A stretch of 64,000 nt of DNA from Salinispira sp. Lineage in GTDB: Bacteria > Spirochaetota > Spirochaetia > DSM-27196 > Salinispiraceae. How positions within the stretch are numbered: the first letter of the stretch is position 1; every line of letters starts with the position of its first letter. The position numbers and the translations under genes were made by a program. The stretch covers positions 2,784,001-2,848,000 of the forward strand of contig OZ271918.1 in NCBI GenBank assembly GCA_965602015.1, given 5' to 3'. Positions 27,591 to 37,266 of this stretch are shown one piece after another. The notes under the pieces are model-generated. The model searched no databases and was not told the DNA's origin. It saw only the letters and a program-made list of their open reading frames with translations.

Positions 27591-28445
27591 ATGATAAGCG
27601 TACGCGATCTCGTCCATGATTATACCGGACAGGGTAATCCTGCCGTAAAAGGCATCAGCTTTGAGGTGACCGAGGGGGAAATCTTCGGATTTCTCGGACC
27701 CTCGGGGGCGGGAAAGAGCACGGTTCAGGGCATTCTGACCGGGCTTCTGGACCTGCAACAGGGCGAAGTTCGCTACGGCGATATGAGCGTAACTGCGCTG
27801 AAGTCCTCGTTTTTTAACCGCATCGGAGTCTCCTTCGAGCACCCGAATCTGTATGCAAAACTGACGGGTCTTGAAAACCTCAGCTACTACGCCGGACTCT
27901 TCGATGTTCCTTGCGAGGATCCCATGCTGCTGTTGGAACGTGTCGGACTTGCCGACCATGCACATAAAAGAGCGGGCAGCTATTCCAAGGGGATGAAGCA
28001 GCGGCTGGTTTTTTGCCGGGCGCTGATCAACAGGCCCGAAATTCTCTTCCTGGACGAGCCCACATCCGGCCTCGACCCCAGCACCGCGGAAACCATCAAA
28101 GGCCTTATCCGTGAACGCCGGGACGCGGGAACCACGGTTTTTCTCACAACCCACAACATGCTCAGCGCTGACCAGCTCTGCGACCGGGTGGCGTTTATCA
28201 ATGAGGGCAGCATTGTCGCAATGGACAGTCCGAAGGCCTTAAAGCTCGCCTACGGAGAACGCGCGGTTGAGCTGGAATTCCTGGACGGCGAGTCGCCGGT
28301 CTCGAAAGTCTTCTCCCTTGATGACGACAGTGAACGGGTGGACCTCAACGCTCACATCAACAGCCGGAAGGTGCTCACCATTCATTCCCGGGAAGCCAGC
28401 CTCGAACAGATTTTTATACAGATGACCGGGCGGGGACTGAACTGA
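27591..28445 (+). CDS. ABC-2 type exporter ATP-binding protein
   Basis: GPSGAGKST, YSKGMKQR, FLDEPTSGLD, TTH. Confidence 0.95.
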   Translation: MISVRDLVHDYTGQGNPAVKGISFEVTEGEIFGFLGPSGAGKSTVQGILTGLLDLQQGEVRYGDMSVTALKSSFFNRIGVSFEHPNLYAKLTGLENLSYYAGLFDVPCEDPMLLLERVGLADHAHKRAGSYSKGMKQRLVFCRALINRPEILFLDEPTSGLDPSTAETIKGLIRERRDAGTTVFLTTHNMLSADQLCDRVAFINEGSIVAMDSPKALKLAYGERAVELEFLDGESPVSKVFSLDDDSERVDLNAHINSRKVLTIHSREASLEQIFIQMTGRGLN

Positions 28446-29509
28446 TGAAAAACCGGTTCTTACCCCTGCTGCGGCAGGATATGGTGCTCAGCTGGCGAAA
28501 CGGCCTTATTCTGGTGACTCTTGTGACAATGGCCATCATCGTAGCCCTGTACTGGACCCTGCCCTTGATGGTTTCCTCGGATCACGAAGGCCCGAATCCC
28601 GTCGCAGTATACGACGCCAGCACGGCCGGCCTCGTCTCGGAACATCTTGCAGGTGAGGGGAATAGGGGTTTGTTTCTCCCGCTGGGAAGTGAACAACAAC
28701 TGGAAGAGTACGTGGAGCAAACCATGGGCTCGGGAATCATCGTCCAGGACAGCGGTTCGCCGGGCGGCGGGGTGGAGTTTATCCTTGTGTTTTCATCTCC
28801 TCCGTCGGGAAGTGCCGAAGCGCGGGTACAGGCGCTGGCCGAAGATTTATACCATTCACTCGGCGATTCCGACCGCTTTAAGGACCTGGGGCATGAAATC
28901 CTCAGACCAGGCTCCCGGCCCATAAACCTGAGCGGAAGGCTGATTCTGGTGACCCTTGCACTGGAGGCCATGATTCTCGGCTTTCTCTTTGTCGCGGTCT
29001 CGGTTTTTCAGGAAAAACAGGAGGGAAGCATCCGGGCATACCGGGTTTCTCCCGGAGGCCTGATATCATACGTGGCGGCGAAGGTTCTAACATTTAGCCT
29101 GATCAGCACCCTTTACGGCCTTCTGATGGTGCTGTTCACCAGAGGGCCCGCAGTCAATTGGATTGGCCTTGCGGCGGTTCTTCTGGCCTCCTGCCTGTTT
29201 ATGACCACCCTGGGCCTGGGCGTCGCGGTCCACTTTAAAAACTTATCCGAATGGTTCGCTCCGGGGGTTGTCCTGCTCTCGGTCAATATGTTGTCCATTC
29301 TGCCCTATCAGCTGCCGGGCTATGCCAACCCATTTATCACCATCCTCCCAGGGTACCAGATGATTTCGGCCATGAGCGGAATTCTGTATCCCGAAGGAAA
29401 TATCTGGGCGCCCGGCGAGACCTTTTTGTACCTGGCAGCATACCTCGCCGTTGCCCTGGCCTTTGCCGTGCCCGCGGTGCGCCGCAATATGCTAAAGGAG
29501 GGTAAATAA
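28445..29509 (+). CDS. ABC-2 type exporter permease
   Basis: One N-terminal TM, extracytoplasmic loop, several C-terminal TMs; EKQEGSI motif. Confidence 0.85.
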   Translation: MKNRFLPLLRQDMVLSWRNGLILVTLVTMAIIVALYWTLPLMVSSDHEGPNPVAVYDASTAGLVSEHLAGEGNRGLFLPLGSEQQLEEYVEQTMGSGIIVQDSGSPGGGVEFILVFSSPPSGSAEARVQALAEDLYHSLGDSDRFKDLGHEILRPGSRPINLSGRLILVTLALEAMILGFLFVAVSVFQEKQEGSIRAYRVSPGGLISYVAAKVLTFSLISTLYGLLMVLFTRGPAVNWIGLAAVLLASCLFMTTLGLGVAVHFKNLSEWFAPGVVLLSVNMLSILPYQLPGYANPFITILPGYQMISAMSGILYPEGNIWAPGETFLYLAAYLAVALAFAVPAVRRNMLKEGK

Positions 29510-30511
29510 ATGAAGCGGATATTCACGTTTATGAAGCTTGACGCCCTGCTTTCAGTCAAGGACAGCATTACGCTGTACAGTCTGCTCAGCCCCCTGGCCC
29601 TGGCGTTCGTGATAACCCTGGTGCTTCCCGGAGTTCAGGAACAGACAATCCGCTTTGCCGCGGAGGCCAGCCTTCCGCAGGAGCTGATCAGCAGCCTCGA
29701 AGAGTACGGGCCGGTGGAACTGCTCGATGACGCGGATGCCGTCCGGCTGCGAGTCGGAGAATTCGACGATGCGGCGGGAATCCTGTCTTCCTCGGAGGGC
29801 ATTCGGGTTGTGCTCGAGGGAAATGAACGGGGCTTTGATGAGCTGCTGATAAAAAGTCTGGTGACATCAGCCCGGGGAACTCCCGAGGGCTTTATCAAGA
29901 GCACCCGGAGCCTCGGCGGAGACGGGGCACCCATTGCCGGGTATGCTGCGGTGCTGATGGTGATGCTGGGGCTGCTAATCGGGGGCCTGCTCATCGGTTT
30001 CTCCATTGTGGAAGAGAAAGAGAGCGGGGTAATCCGCGCCCTGGCAATCAGCCCGATAAAAATCAGGGAATACCTCATTGCCCGGGCTACGTTCGCGCTG
30101 ATAATCGGCGCGGTATCCGGCAGCCTGTCCCTGGTTATTATAACGGGATTCAGCGTGAGCTTTGCTTCGTTCGCTCCGGCGCTGATGATTTCATTACTGG
30201 CTGCCCTGCCCTTTGGGTTTATCATCGGCTCGTTCGCCGATAACCAAATGACTGCCTTTGCGCTGGTAAAACTGCTGATGGGGGTGTTTATGTCACTACC
30301 GTTGGTCAGCATTTTCGTTCCGGCGTCGCTTCAGTGGATTTTCTATCCGCTTCCCAATTACTGGATGTTTGTCCTTCTGAGTAATGCGGTCATTGGTGAA
30401 GCATGGACCCACACGGGCTACCTTGTAAGCGCCATCGCCACGGCGCTGAGCGGCGTACTGTTCACCCTTCTTTTACTGCCGGCCATGCGCAGAAGGCTAA
30501 AAATCCGATAA
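29510..30511 (+). CDS. ABC-2 type exporter permease (paralog)
   Basis: Same topology; EEKESGVIRAL motif. Confidence 0.85.
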   Translation: MKRIFTFMKLDALLSVKDSITLYSLLSPLALAFVITLVLPGVQEQTIRFAAEASLPQELISSLEEYGPVELLDDADAVRLRVGEFDDAAGILSSSEGIRVVLEGNERGFDELLIKSLVTSARGTPEGFIKSTRSLGGDGAPIAGYAAVLMVMLGLLIGGLLIGFSIVEEKESGVIRALAISPIKIREYLIARATFALIIGAVSGSLSLVIITGFSVSFASFAPALMISLLAALPFGFIIGSFADNQMTAFALVKLLMGVFMSLPLVSIFVPASLQWIFYPLPNYWMFVLLSNAVIGEAWTHTGYLVSAIATALSGVLFTLLLLPAMRRRLKIR

Positions 30512-30571
30512 GCGGGAACCGGGGTTTGCAAAAGCGCCCCTGCAATGTGAGAATAGAGGCAGGGGGAACTG

Positions 30572-33061
30572 ATGGACATCCTCAATCTGGGTTCGAGCAT
30601 ACAGAAAAAAACCGTGAAGGCGGGCACGGTTCTTATTCTCCAGGGCAGCACCGTGGATTCCATCCTGATTCTTCACTCCGGTATGGCCGAACTTATGACC
30701 CGCCAGGATTTCCGCCCGGAAATGAAGGATGATCATCAGCGGCTCCTGGAAGACAGTATTCGTGTGGGTCTGGTGAAGGGCCAGTCGGTTTGCGGCATAC
30801 TGGGACTGTACAACGGGAGCCCGCTGGAATACTCGGTAGTCTGCGTGAGCGAATGCATCATCAGCAACACCGTTGTGGAAGACCGGATGATTGTCGCCAC
30901 CCTCCAGAAAAACATGCGTCTGAACATCCAGGTGCTCCAGGCCCTGGTTCAGCGGATCGAGTCGGCGTTTTTCCTGTTCAGCAACTACAAATACCTCTGG
31001 CACAAGCTGGCTTCAATTCAGGACGGCATCGCGCTGGCCGCCGACCTGGGCGACAGCGCCGAGCCCGAAACCATTCCGGACCGCTACACCGCGGGCATGG
31101 AAGAGTACCGCAACTACCTCCTGTATCAAATGGAACAGATCGGCATTCGCAGTCCTGAAACCTGGGATCCGAATGTCTTCCTCGGCAGAATCCAAAACGA
31201 GCTGGACCTCTACATGGAATATGATTCAATGGGTTTCGAACGGATGATCGACAACTCCCAGTACCTCTTTATTAAGCGGATTCTGCGCAAGAACGATAAA
31301 ATCATTGCCGGAATTTTCTATCAGGATGAACCGACGAATTTCTATGTCTTCCAGTTCCTGGGAAACTGCCTTGAGTCGATGATGCGCTATAACCTAGGCA
31401 TTGCCCGACACATCAGCGAACTCAGCGATCAGCTGTATGCCGGCAGCGGGTGGGTCGAGCGGATCTGCGCCTTGAATCTTGAAGATAATCAGGCGTACCG
31501 GCTGTTCCGCCACTATCTGTGGAAATTCAGCTGGAGATGTCATCGGGATGCCATAAAGCTTCTTCATAGGGATTTTACCCTGGACTACCCGGCCTTCAAG
31601 GCCCTGACTGAATTCCGGACGCCGCCCGCCAAGGGAGAGGAATCTCCGGCGGCGAGCGGTGGGGAAAACATCTTTATAGAAGATTCCCAAGGGGGCAGAC
31701 TCGACAAGTACGGCAATGTTCTTGAGCGCATCCTTGAGTTTTCCGAGATGAGCCGGGAATTTTGTACAGAATTCCGCTCCTGCCTCGGCGCTATCCGCAA
31801 TCTACCGGATTACCTCTCCGACGAGGGCGAGCACACTGCCCTGCGCACCCAGTTCACCGCCCTGTACTGGCGGTTATATGAAGTCTGTTTTCTCAAGGTT
31901 ATCGATACGGATCTCAAGGCCTTTATACCGGGCATAATGCTGCATTTCGGACTGGTGGATGAAAGCCTCCTCTCACCAGAACAGTTGGACGTCCTGGACC
32001 GGGCGTACTCCAAAATGCTGTACATCACCGAGCCGGTTCACGTCATGACCCTTCCTTATTTCCTTGAGAAGATTTACACCGGCGAAATCCAGCCGAGCAT
32101 CGATGAAATGGGTAGAAGTTTTCGGGAAGTTCTGGCCAAACAGGACAAGATGAGCAAAAAGGAACGGGACGCCACCGAGCTCTTTTTTACCGACACCCCT
32201 GAGGATCGGGTTCGTTACGAAATCCAGATGGTCTCCCGAGACATGGGCGGACTTCTTTCGGGATCAAAAACGAAAAATCTACCGATTCTCAGCAATCAGA
32301 CGCCTGCGGGAAGCCTGGAACGGCTGTTACTCGATCCGGAAACCTGCGCGGAACATGCAAAATTCTACCGCGACAGGGATATTTCCCTCTTTTACCGGGA
32401 GGTTGTATCTCGTCACAAACTGGGTACCGATATCATCCGTCAGGAGATACTGCCCCATTTCGTTCTTTACCCCCTCTCGGGAAGCCGGATGATGATGTGG
32501 CAGGAGCTTGACGGACCACGGAAGGACACGCCGGCGCGCTTTATGCTCCCCCTGTATTTCACTGAAAATCCCCGGGAGCAGATCGGCAACCTGCTCGGTC
32601 AGTTCCGCTGGGAGATTTCCAGAAGCGCTGCCGGCGCGAATTGGATGGATCCCGTAGAAGGCGGATTGGCCGGGGCATACTACGATTACATCCAATTTTT
32701 TAAGAAGAACCCTAAACTTTCCTCGGCCCATAAGGAAAAAATCCAGCAACTGATAAAAAAAACCCGCTCCGACCGGGACCGGTTCTGCAGCGACTACATC
32801 ACCTGGCTGCTGTACGAATACGAAGGCAAGCTCCGGTTCAACCCGGTGGTCAGGGATATTTTTTACCGTTTTATCCATTTTAGTGCGGAAATGAGGGAGA
32901 CCATGGCCGCCAAACCTCTGTACACGGACCTTGAAACAAAGTTTCAAAACCGGCTGCGCAAAGATCAGCTCAAACTCGAGAGCCGCATAAAAAAGTTCGA
33001 GAAGTCCGGCGTTCCCCTTCCTGACGAGATTGCCGCATACCGTGATTTTCTGGAATCCTGA
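30572..33061 (+). CDS. Cyclic-nucleotide-binding (Crp-like) domain protein with large helical region of unknown function
   Basis: VKAGTVLILQGSTVDSILILHSG cNMP-fold start; no HTH recognised. Confidence 0.65.
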   Translation: MDILNLGSSIQKKTVKAGTVLILQGSTVDSILILHSGMAELMTRQDFRPEMKDDHQRLLEDSIRVGLVKGQSVCGILGLYNGSPLEYSVVCVSECIISNTVVEDRMIVATLQKNMRLNIQVLQALVQRIESAFFLFSNYKYLWHKLASIQDGIALAADLGDSAEPETIPDRYTAGMEEYRNYLLYQMEQIGIRSPETWDPNVFLGRIQNELDLYMEYDSMGFERMIDNSQYLFIKRILRKNDKIIAGIFYQDEPTNFYVFQFLGNCLESMMRYNLGIARHISELSDQLYAGSGWVERICALNLEDNQAYRLFRHYLWKFSWRCHRDAIKLLHRDFTLDYPAFKALTEFRTPPAKGEESPAASGGENIFIEDSQGGRLDKYGNVLERILEFSEMSREFCTEFRSCLGAIRNLPDYLSDEGEHTALRTQFTALYWRLYEVCFLKVIDTDLKAFIPGIMLHFGLVDESLLSPEQLDVLDRAYSKMLYITEPVHVMTLPYFLEKIYTGEIQPSIDEMGRSFREVLAKQDKMSKKERDATELFFTDTPEDRVRYEIQMVSRDMGGLLSGSKTKNLPILSNQTPAGSLERLLLDPETCAEHAKFYRDRDISLFYREVVSRHKLGTDIIRQEILPHFVLYPLSGSRMMMWQELDGPRKDTPARFMLPLYFTENPREQIGNLLGQFRWEISRSAAGANWMDPVEGGLAGAYYDYIQFFKKNPKLSSAHKEKIQQLIKKTRSDRDRFCSDYITWLLYEYEGKLRFNPVVRDIFYRFIHFSAEMRETMAAKPLYTDLETKFQNRLRKDQLKLESRIKKFEKSGVPLPDEIAAYRDFLES

Positions 33062-33070
33062 TATTTTTGA

Positions 33071-33218
33071 ACTGCCCCGAAAACAGCTGATTTTCCGGTG
33101 TTAAAACACCGTGTGAGAATGATATGCCGGAATACTTGCCGATACCTGCAGTGGAGGGCGGGCAAGTCCTGTCTGGTAAGTAATGTAGATGATTTAAATC
33201 AGCTGTTTTCGGGGCAGT
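33071..33218. mobile_element. MITE-like non-autonomous element (148 bp)
   Basis: Perfect 23-bp terminal inverted repeats actgccccgaaaacagctgattt (33071-33093) and aaatcagctgttttcggggcagt (33196-33218); no credible gene inside. Confidence 0.65.
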
Positions 33219-33428
33219 ATGTAATAATTCCCCGCACTGAAGCCCGACCACTGTATTTTCCCTTCGATTTGTGATATATTTTCAAAATATCACGGAGATA
33301 CCACACTTATCACGTTATGTGAATTAACTGCAATTATATTTCATAATGTGAACTTTTTTTGTTGTCGGCTGCAGGATAAGCTGAGTACTTTAGTGGGGTT
33401 ATAAAACGGAGTTCCGGAGGAAGCTTGT

Positions 33429-34706
33429 ATGAAGAAAAACACTGTAGGAATCAGCGATATCGCGCTGTACGTGCCGTCGCCGAAAATCACCCTCGACACG
33501 ATATTTTCGACACGGGTTCAACAGGATCCGGACTTTGAACGCCGTCTGAGACGGGCCATCGACGTCACCGGTCAGAAAGCCATACGTTTTCCCGATGTTT
33601 TTGAAGACAACGCCACTATCGCCGCCAATTCTGCCAAGCGTCTGCTAGATCAAAACAACGATCTGAACCTCGATAATGTCCGCTATCTTACGGTGGGAAC
33701 CGAGACCAGCGTTGACATGAGTAAACCGATTTCCGCCTATGTGGAAGGGATGCTCCAGAGGGCCGGGTACAAACTGCCGACCAAGCTCAGCAGCTTCCAG
33801 GTGCAGCACGCCTGCGCCGGTGGAACCCTGGCCATGCTCTCGGTTTCGGCCCTCTTAAAGGCCAGCCCGCGGGAACATGAAGCGGGCATGGTTATCTGTT
33901 CAGATATTGCCCGTTACGACGCCCCGTCCACCGCCGAAATTACCCAGGGAGCGGGTTCCGCCACCCTTCTTATTGAAAAGAATCCCAAACTGGTCGAACT
34001 GGACCTGGAAACCCAGGGCTATTCCTCGTCGGATGTCGATGACTTTTTCCGGCCCCTGGGGAGCACCACCGCCAAGGTCAAAGGCCGGTACTCGGTAGAG
34101 TGTTATCACACTGCCCTGGACGAGGCCATGGCGGATCATGCGGAACGCCGCGGTATGGATCTCAAGGAAATCATGGGCGAAACCGATATGTTCGTCTTCC
34201 ACGTTCCCTTCGCCCAGATGGCGGTCAACGCGATTAAGCGGCTATTGAACCAGCACCTGGATCTCAGGGAACATGAGGCGGAGAATTTCCTCAACGCCAG
34301 GGGCTTTTATCGGGCTCTGGACGCCACCGCACAGGTGGGCAACATTTACACCGGTGCCATGTATCTCAACCTGGCAGCGCAGCTGGCGGAAAATTACCGG
34401 CTCTACGGCAAAGACATCGTTGGAAAGAAAATCCTGCTCACCAGCTACGGAAGCGGAAATACCATGATCGTCATGTCGGGCACCGTGTCTTCCCAGGCGC
34501 CGGCTCTGCTGGAAAAACGCAACATCCATTCCCAACTGAACCACGATCGTGCCGCCTCCTGGGACGAGTACGAGCGCTGGATTCAGCTGCCCAACGATCC
34601 CGAAACAATTAACGGCATGATTCGGGAATCGAAGCTCCCCGAGGATATCTTCGTACTCGAGGGAATACGGGAAGACGGTTACCGCCAATACAGCTTCAAA
34701 AGATAG
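33429..34706 (+). CDS. mvaS: Hydroxymethylglutaryl-CoA synthase
   Basis: GTETSVD, QHACAGG, DIARY, EITQGAG, DFFRP, FHVPF, GNIYTG, SYGSG. Confidence 0.93.
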   Translation: MKKNTVGISDIALYVPSPKITLDTIFSTRVQQDPDFERRLRRAIDVTGQKAIRFPDVFEDNATIAANSAKRLLDQNNDLNLDNVRYLTVGTETSVDMSKPISAYVEGMLQRAGYKLPTKLSSFQVQHACAGGTLAMLSVSALLKASPREHEAGMVICSDIARYDAPSTAEITQGAGSATLLIEKNPKLVELDLETQGYSSSDVDDFFRPLGSTTAKVKGRYSVECYHTALDEAMADHAERRGMDLKEIMGETDMFVFHVPFAQMAVNAIKRLLNQHLDLREHEAENFLNARGFYRALDATAQVGNIYTGAMYLNLAAQLAENYRLYGKDIVGKKILLTSYGSGNTMIVMSGTVSSQAPALLEKRNIHSQLNHDRAASWDEYERWIQLPNDPETINGMIRESKLPEDIFVLEGIREDGYRQYSFKR

Positions 34707-34713
34707 GACATTC

Positions 34714-37266
34714 ATGAGCAACTCGGACATCTCGAAATCACCCGCAGAGAGCAATCCTGCGGGTGAAAATTTAGGGGCCCGCAAGCAGGCTCACATCGAT
34801 ATCTGCGTAGATCCCCGTCAGCCCGTCGAGGGCGGACGAGGCATGTACGACCAGGTTAGTTTTCTTCACCGCAGCCTTCCAGAAATAGACGTCCATCAGA
34901 TCGACAGCGGCGTGGATTTTTTGGGAATCCGGCTGTCTTCCCCGGTACTCATTTCCTGCATGACCGGCGGCTCGGATGAGGGGTACCAGCTGAACCGCAC
35001 CTTGGCGCGAACAGCCCAACAGCTGGGATTTGCCGTGGGTACCGGGAGCCTTCGCATACTCCTGAGAAAGCCCGAAGTAACCGATCACTTCCGGCTGAAG
35101 GAACTGGCCCCCGATGTGCCGGTAATCGGAAATATCGGCGCGGTTCAGCTTCCAGAGCTCTTCGGCGACGGCGGCAGCGAAATAAAGCGCTTCCTGAAAA
35201 TTATTGAGTCCCTTGGCCTGGACGCCCTGGCAGTCCACCTCAATCCCGGACAGGAGATTTTCCAAAATCACGGGGACCGGAACTTCCGGGGCCTGGTAGA
35301 CCACATAGCCCGGCTGGTTGGGCTGTCTAAGCTTCCGATAATTGCAAAGGAAACCGGCGCGGGCATCGGGCCCGCGGAGGCCGAAACCCTCTTTCGCGCC
35401 GGTGTCCGCTATGTGGATATCGCCGGCGCAGGGGGAACCAACTGGATGTCCGTTGAGGCAATCCGGGAAACCCCCGAGGCCCTTGAAGATGAGCTGGGTG
35501 ACTTTGCACACTGGGGCCTGCCCAGCGCCGTCGCCCTATCGGCCGCGGTAGAGCGCTGCACATCCGCCGGGGTTATTCCGTCGGACGGCGGCATAATCGC
35601 CTCGGGGGGCATTCGAAGCGCCGTGGATTTTGCCAAATCCGTCGCCCTTGGAGCTGATATTGCCGGGGCAGCCCTGCCGTTTATCAGGGCAGCCAAGGAA
35701 GGCGGGTTCGACGGCGCCGTGGCATACGGCGAACGCCTTATGCGGGGAATCCACAAGGCCATGCTGCTCAGCGCTTCCCCGGACATCCCGGCTCTGCGCC
35801 GGGCCCCGCTTATCTACAGCCGGGAATTTACTTATCAGAAGGATCAAATCCTCAGCGCTTCCCGGTCGGTCAACGTGGGCCGGGCTGTCCCTGACGCCGT
35901 TTTATCCGGGCAAACAGAATCCGCCGGTCATACAGGTTCGGCGGATTTAGCCGAGTCCGCGGAACCCGGCAACAACGCATTGGCAGACCGGAAATTCCGC
36001 AAATACTCAATCGCCCGGCGCCGCGAGCTGCTTTCTTCCGACCGGTCTCTTGCCCTGGACAGCGAGGACTTTGCCGCCAGCGGCCACAGTTCGGCACTCC
36101 TCGATCTGGCAGACGTCATGGTTGAAACCGCCGTCGGGTTCATGCCCGTGCCTCTTGGCATTGCCCGGAACTTTATCATCGACGGAGAGACGGTTCACCT
36201 GCCCATGGCCGTGGAAGAACCCTCGGTAATCGCCGCAGCCAGTTACGCCGCGAGCATAATCGGCCGTCACGGCGGTTTTCGAACTGAAGCCGACGAACCC
36301 TTGCTCTCATCCTATGTCTACCTGAGCCTGAAGGGTATTCCCGGAGATGAAGACATTGACCGGGTATGCAAAACGGTTATTCAGGCCGAGCCCGAGTTGG
36401 CAGATGAACTACAGGATATTCTCCAGCCCATGACCCGCCGCGGCGGGGGATACCGGGGGCTGGAGGTCAGCTGGCTGCCCGACAGCCGCTGCCTTCGGGT
36501 CGAAATAACCATAGACGTGCGGGATGCCATGGGCGCCAATCTGGTCAATACCGCCGCGGAGGCGGTGACCCCACTGCTTGAGGAATTGACCGGGGGCACC
36601 AAACTCATGGCGATACTCAGCAACCAGGCGGAAATGCGCACCGCGGCCGCCGAGTTCACCCTGCCCTTCGGCGCTCTTCAGCGGGGACGCTTCAAAGGCC
36701 GGGAACTGGCCGAGCGCATAGTCCGGCTGTGGGAAATAGCCGATGAGGATCCCGCGCGGGCGGTAACCCACAACAAGGGAATCATGAACGGCATCAGCTC
36801 CCTGGCCCTGGCCACCGCCAACGATACCAGGGCGACAGAAGCGGCTGCCCACGCCTGGGCGGCCCGGGACGGCCGTTACCGAAGCCTCAGCCGATACTGG
36901 ATAGAAGGCGAGACCCTCAGGGGCAGGCTTCATCTGCCCCTGGCCTTCGGAACCGTCGGCGGAGGCATATCATTTCACCCGGTAGCCCGGAGCGTGCTAA
37001 AAATCCTTGGAAGCCCCGGGGCTCCGGCGCTTTCCCGCTATGCGGTAGCCCTTGGGCTTGCCCAGAATTTCTCGGCGGTCTCAGCCCTGGCAGGCGAGGG
37101 CATACAACAGGGACACATGAGACTGCACGCCGGCAGGCTTGCATTTTCCGCCGGCGCCCGTGGCGAAGAGATAGCCCGGGTCTCCGCCGCCTTGCAGGAA
37201 TCCGGCACCTTCAACGCCGAAGAGGCCAAGCGACTGCTCTCGGAGCTGCGTGGAGACGGGAAATGA
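34714..37266 (+). CDS. Fusion of type 2 isopentenyl-diphosphate isomerase (Fni) and class II HMG-CoA reductase (MvaA)
   Basis: N-half RKQAHI, MTGG, HLNPGQE, KETG, AGAGGT; C-half EEPSVIAA, DAMGAN, THNKGIMNG, NDTRA, GIQQGHMRLH; one continuous frame. Confidence 0.93.
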   Translation: MSNSDISKSPAESNPAGENLGARKQAHIDICVDPRQPVEGGRGMYDQVSFLHRSLPEIDVHQIDSGVDFLGIRLSSPVLISCMTGGSDEGYQLNRTLARTAQQLGFAVGTGSLRILLRKPEVTDHFRLKELAPDVPVIGNIGAVQLPELFGDGGSEIKRFLKIIESLGLDALAVHLNPGQEIFQNHGDRNFRGLVDHIARLVGLSKLPIIAKETGAGIGPAEAETLFRAGVRYVDIAGAGGTNWMSVEAIRETPEALEDELGDFAHWGLPSAVALSAAVERCTSAGVIPSDGGIIASGGIRSAVDFAKSVALGADIAGAALPFIRAAKEGGFDGAVAYGERLMRGIHKAMLLSASPDIPALRRAPLIYSREFTYQKDQILSASRSVNVGRAVPDAVLSGQTESAGHTGSADLAESAEPGNNALADRKFRKYSIARRRELLSSDRSLALDSEDFAASGHSSALLDLADVMVETAVGFMPVPLGIARNFIIDGETVHLPMAVEEPSVIAAASYAASIIGRHGGFRTEADEPLLSSYVYLSLKGIPGDEDIDRVCKTVIQAEPELADELQDILQPMTRRGGGYRGLEVSWLPDSRCLRVEITIDVRDAMGANLVNTAAEAVTPLLEELTGGTKLMAILSNQAEMRTAAAEFTLPFGALQRGRFKGRELAERIVRLWEIADEDPARAVTHNKGIMNGISSLALATANDTRATEAAAHAWAARDGRYRSLSRYWIEGETLRGRLHLPLAFGTVGGGISFHPVARSVLKILGSPGAPALSRYAVALGLAQNFSAVSALAGEGIQQGHMRLHAGRLAFSAGARGEEIARVSAALQESGTFNAEEAKRLLSELRGDGK

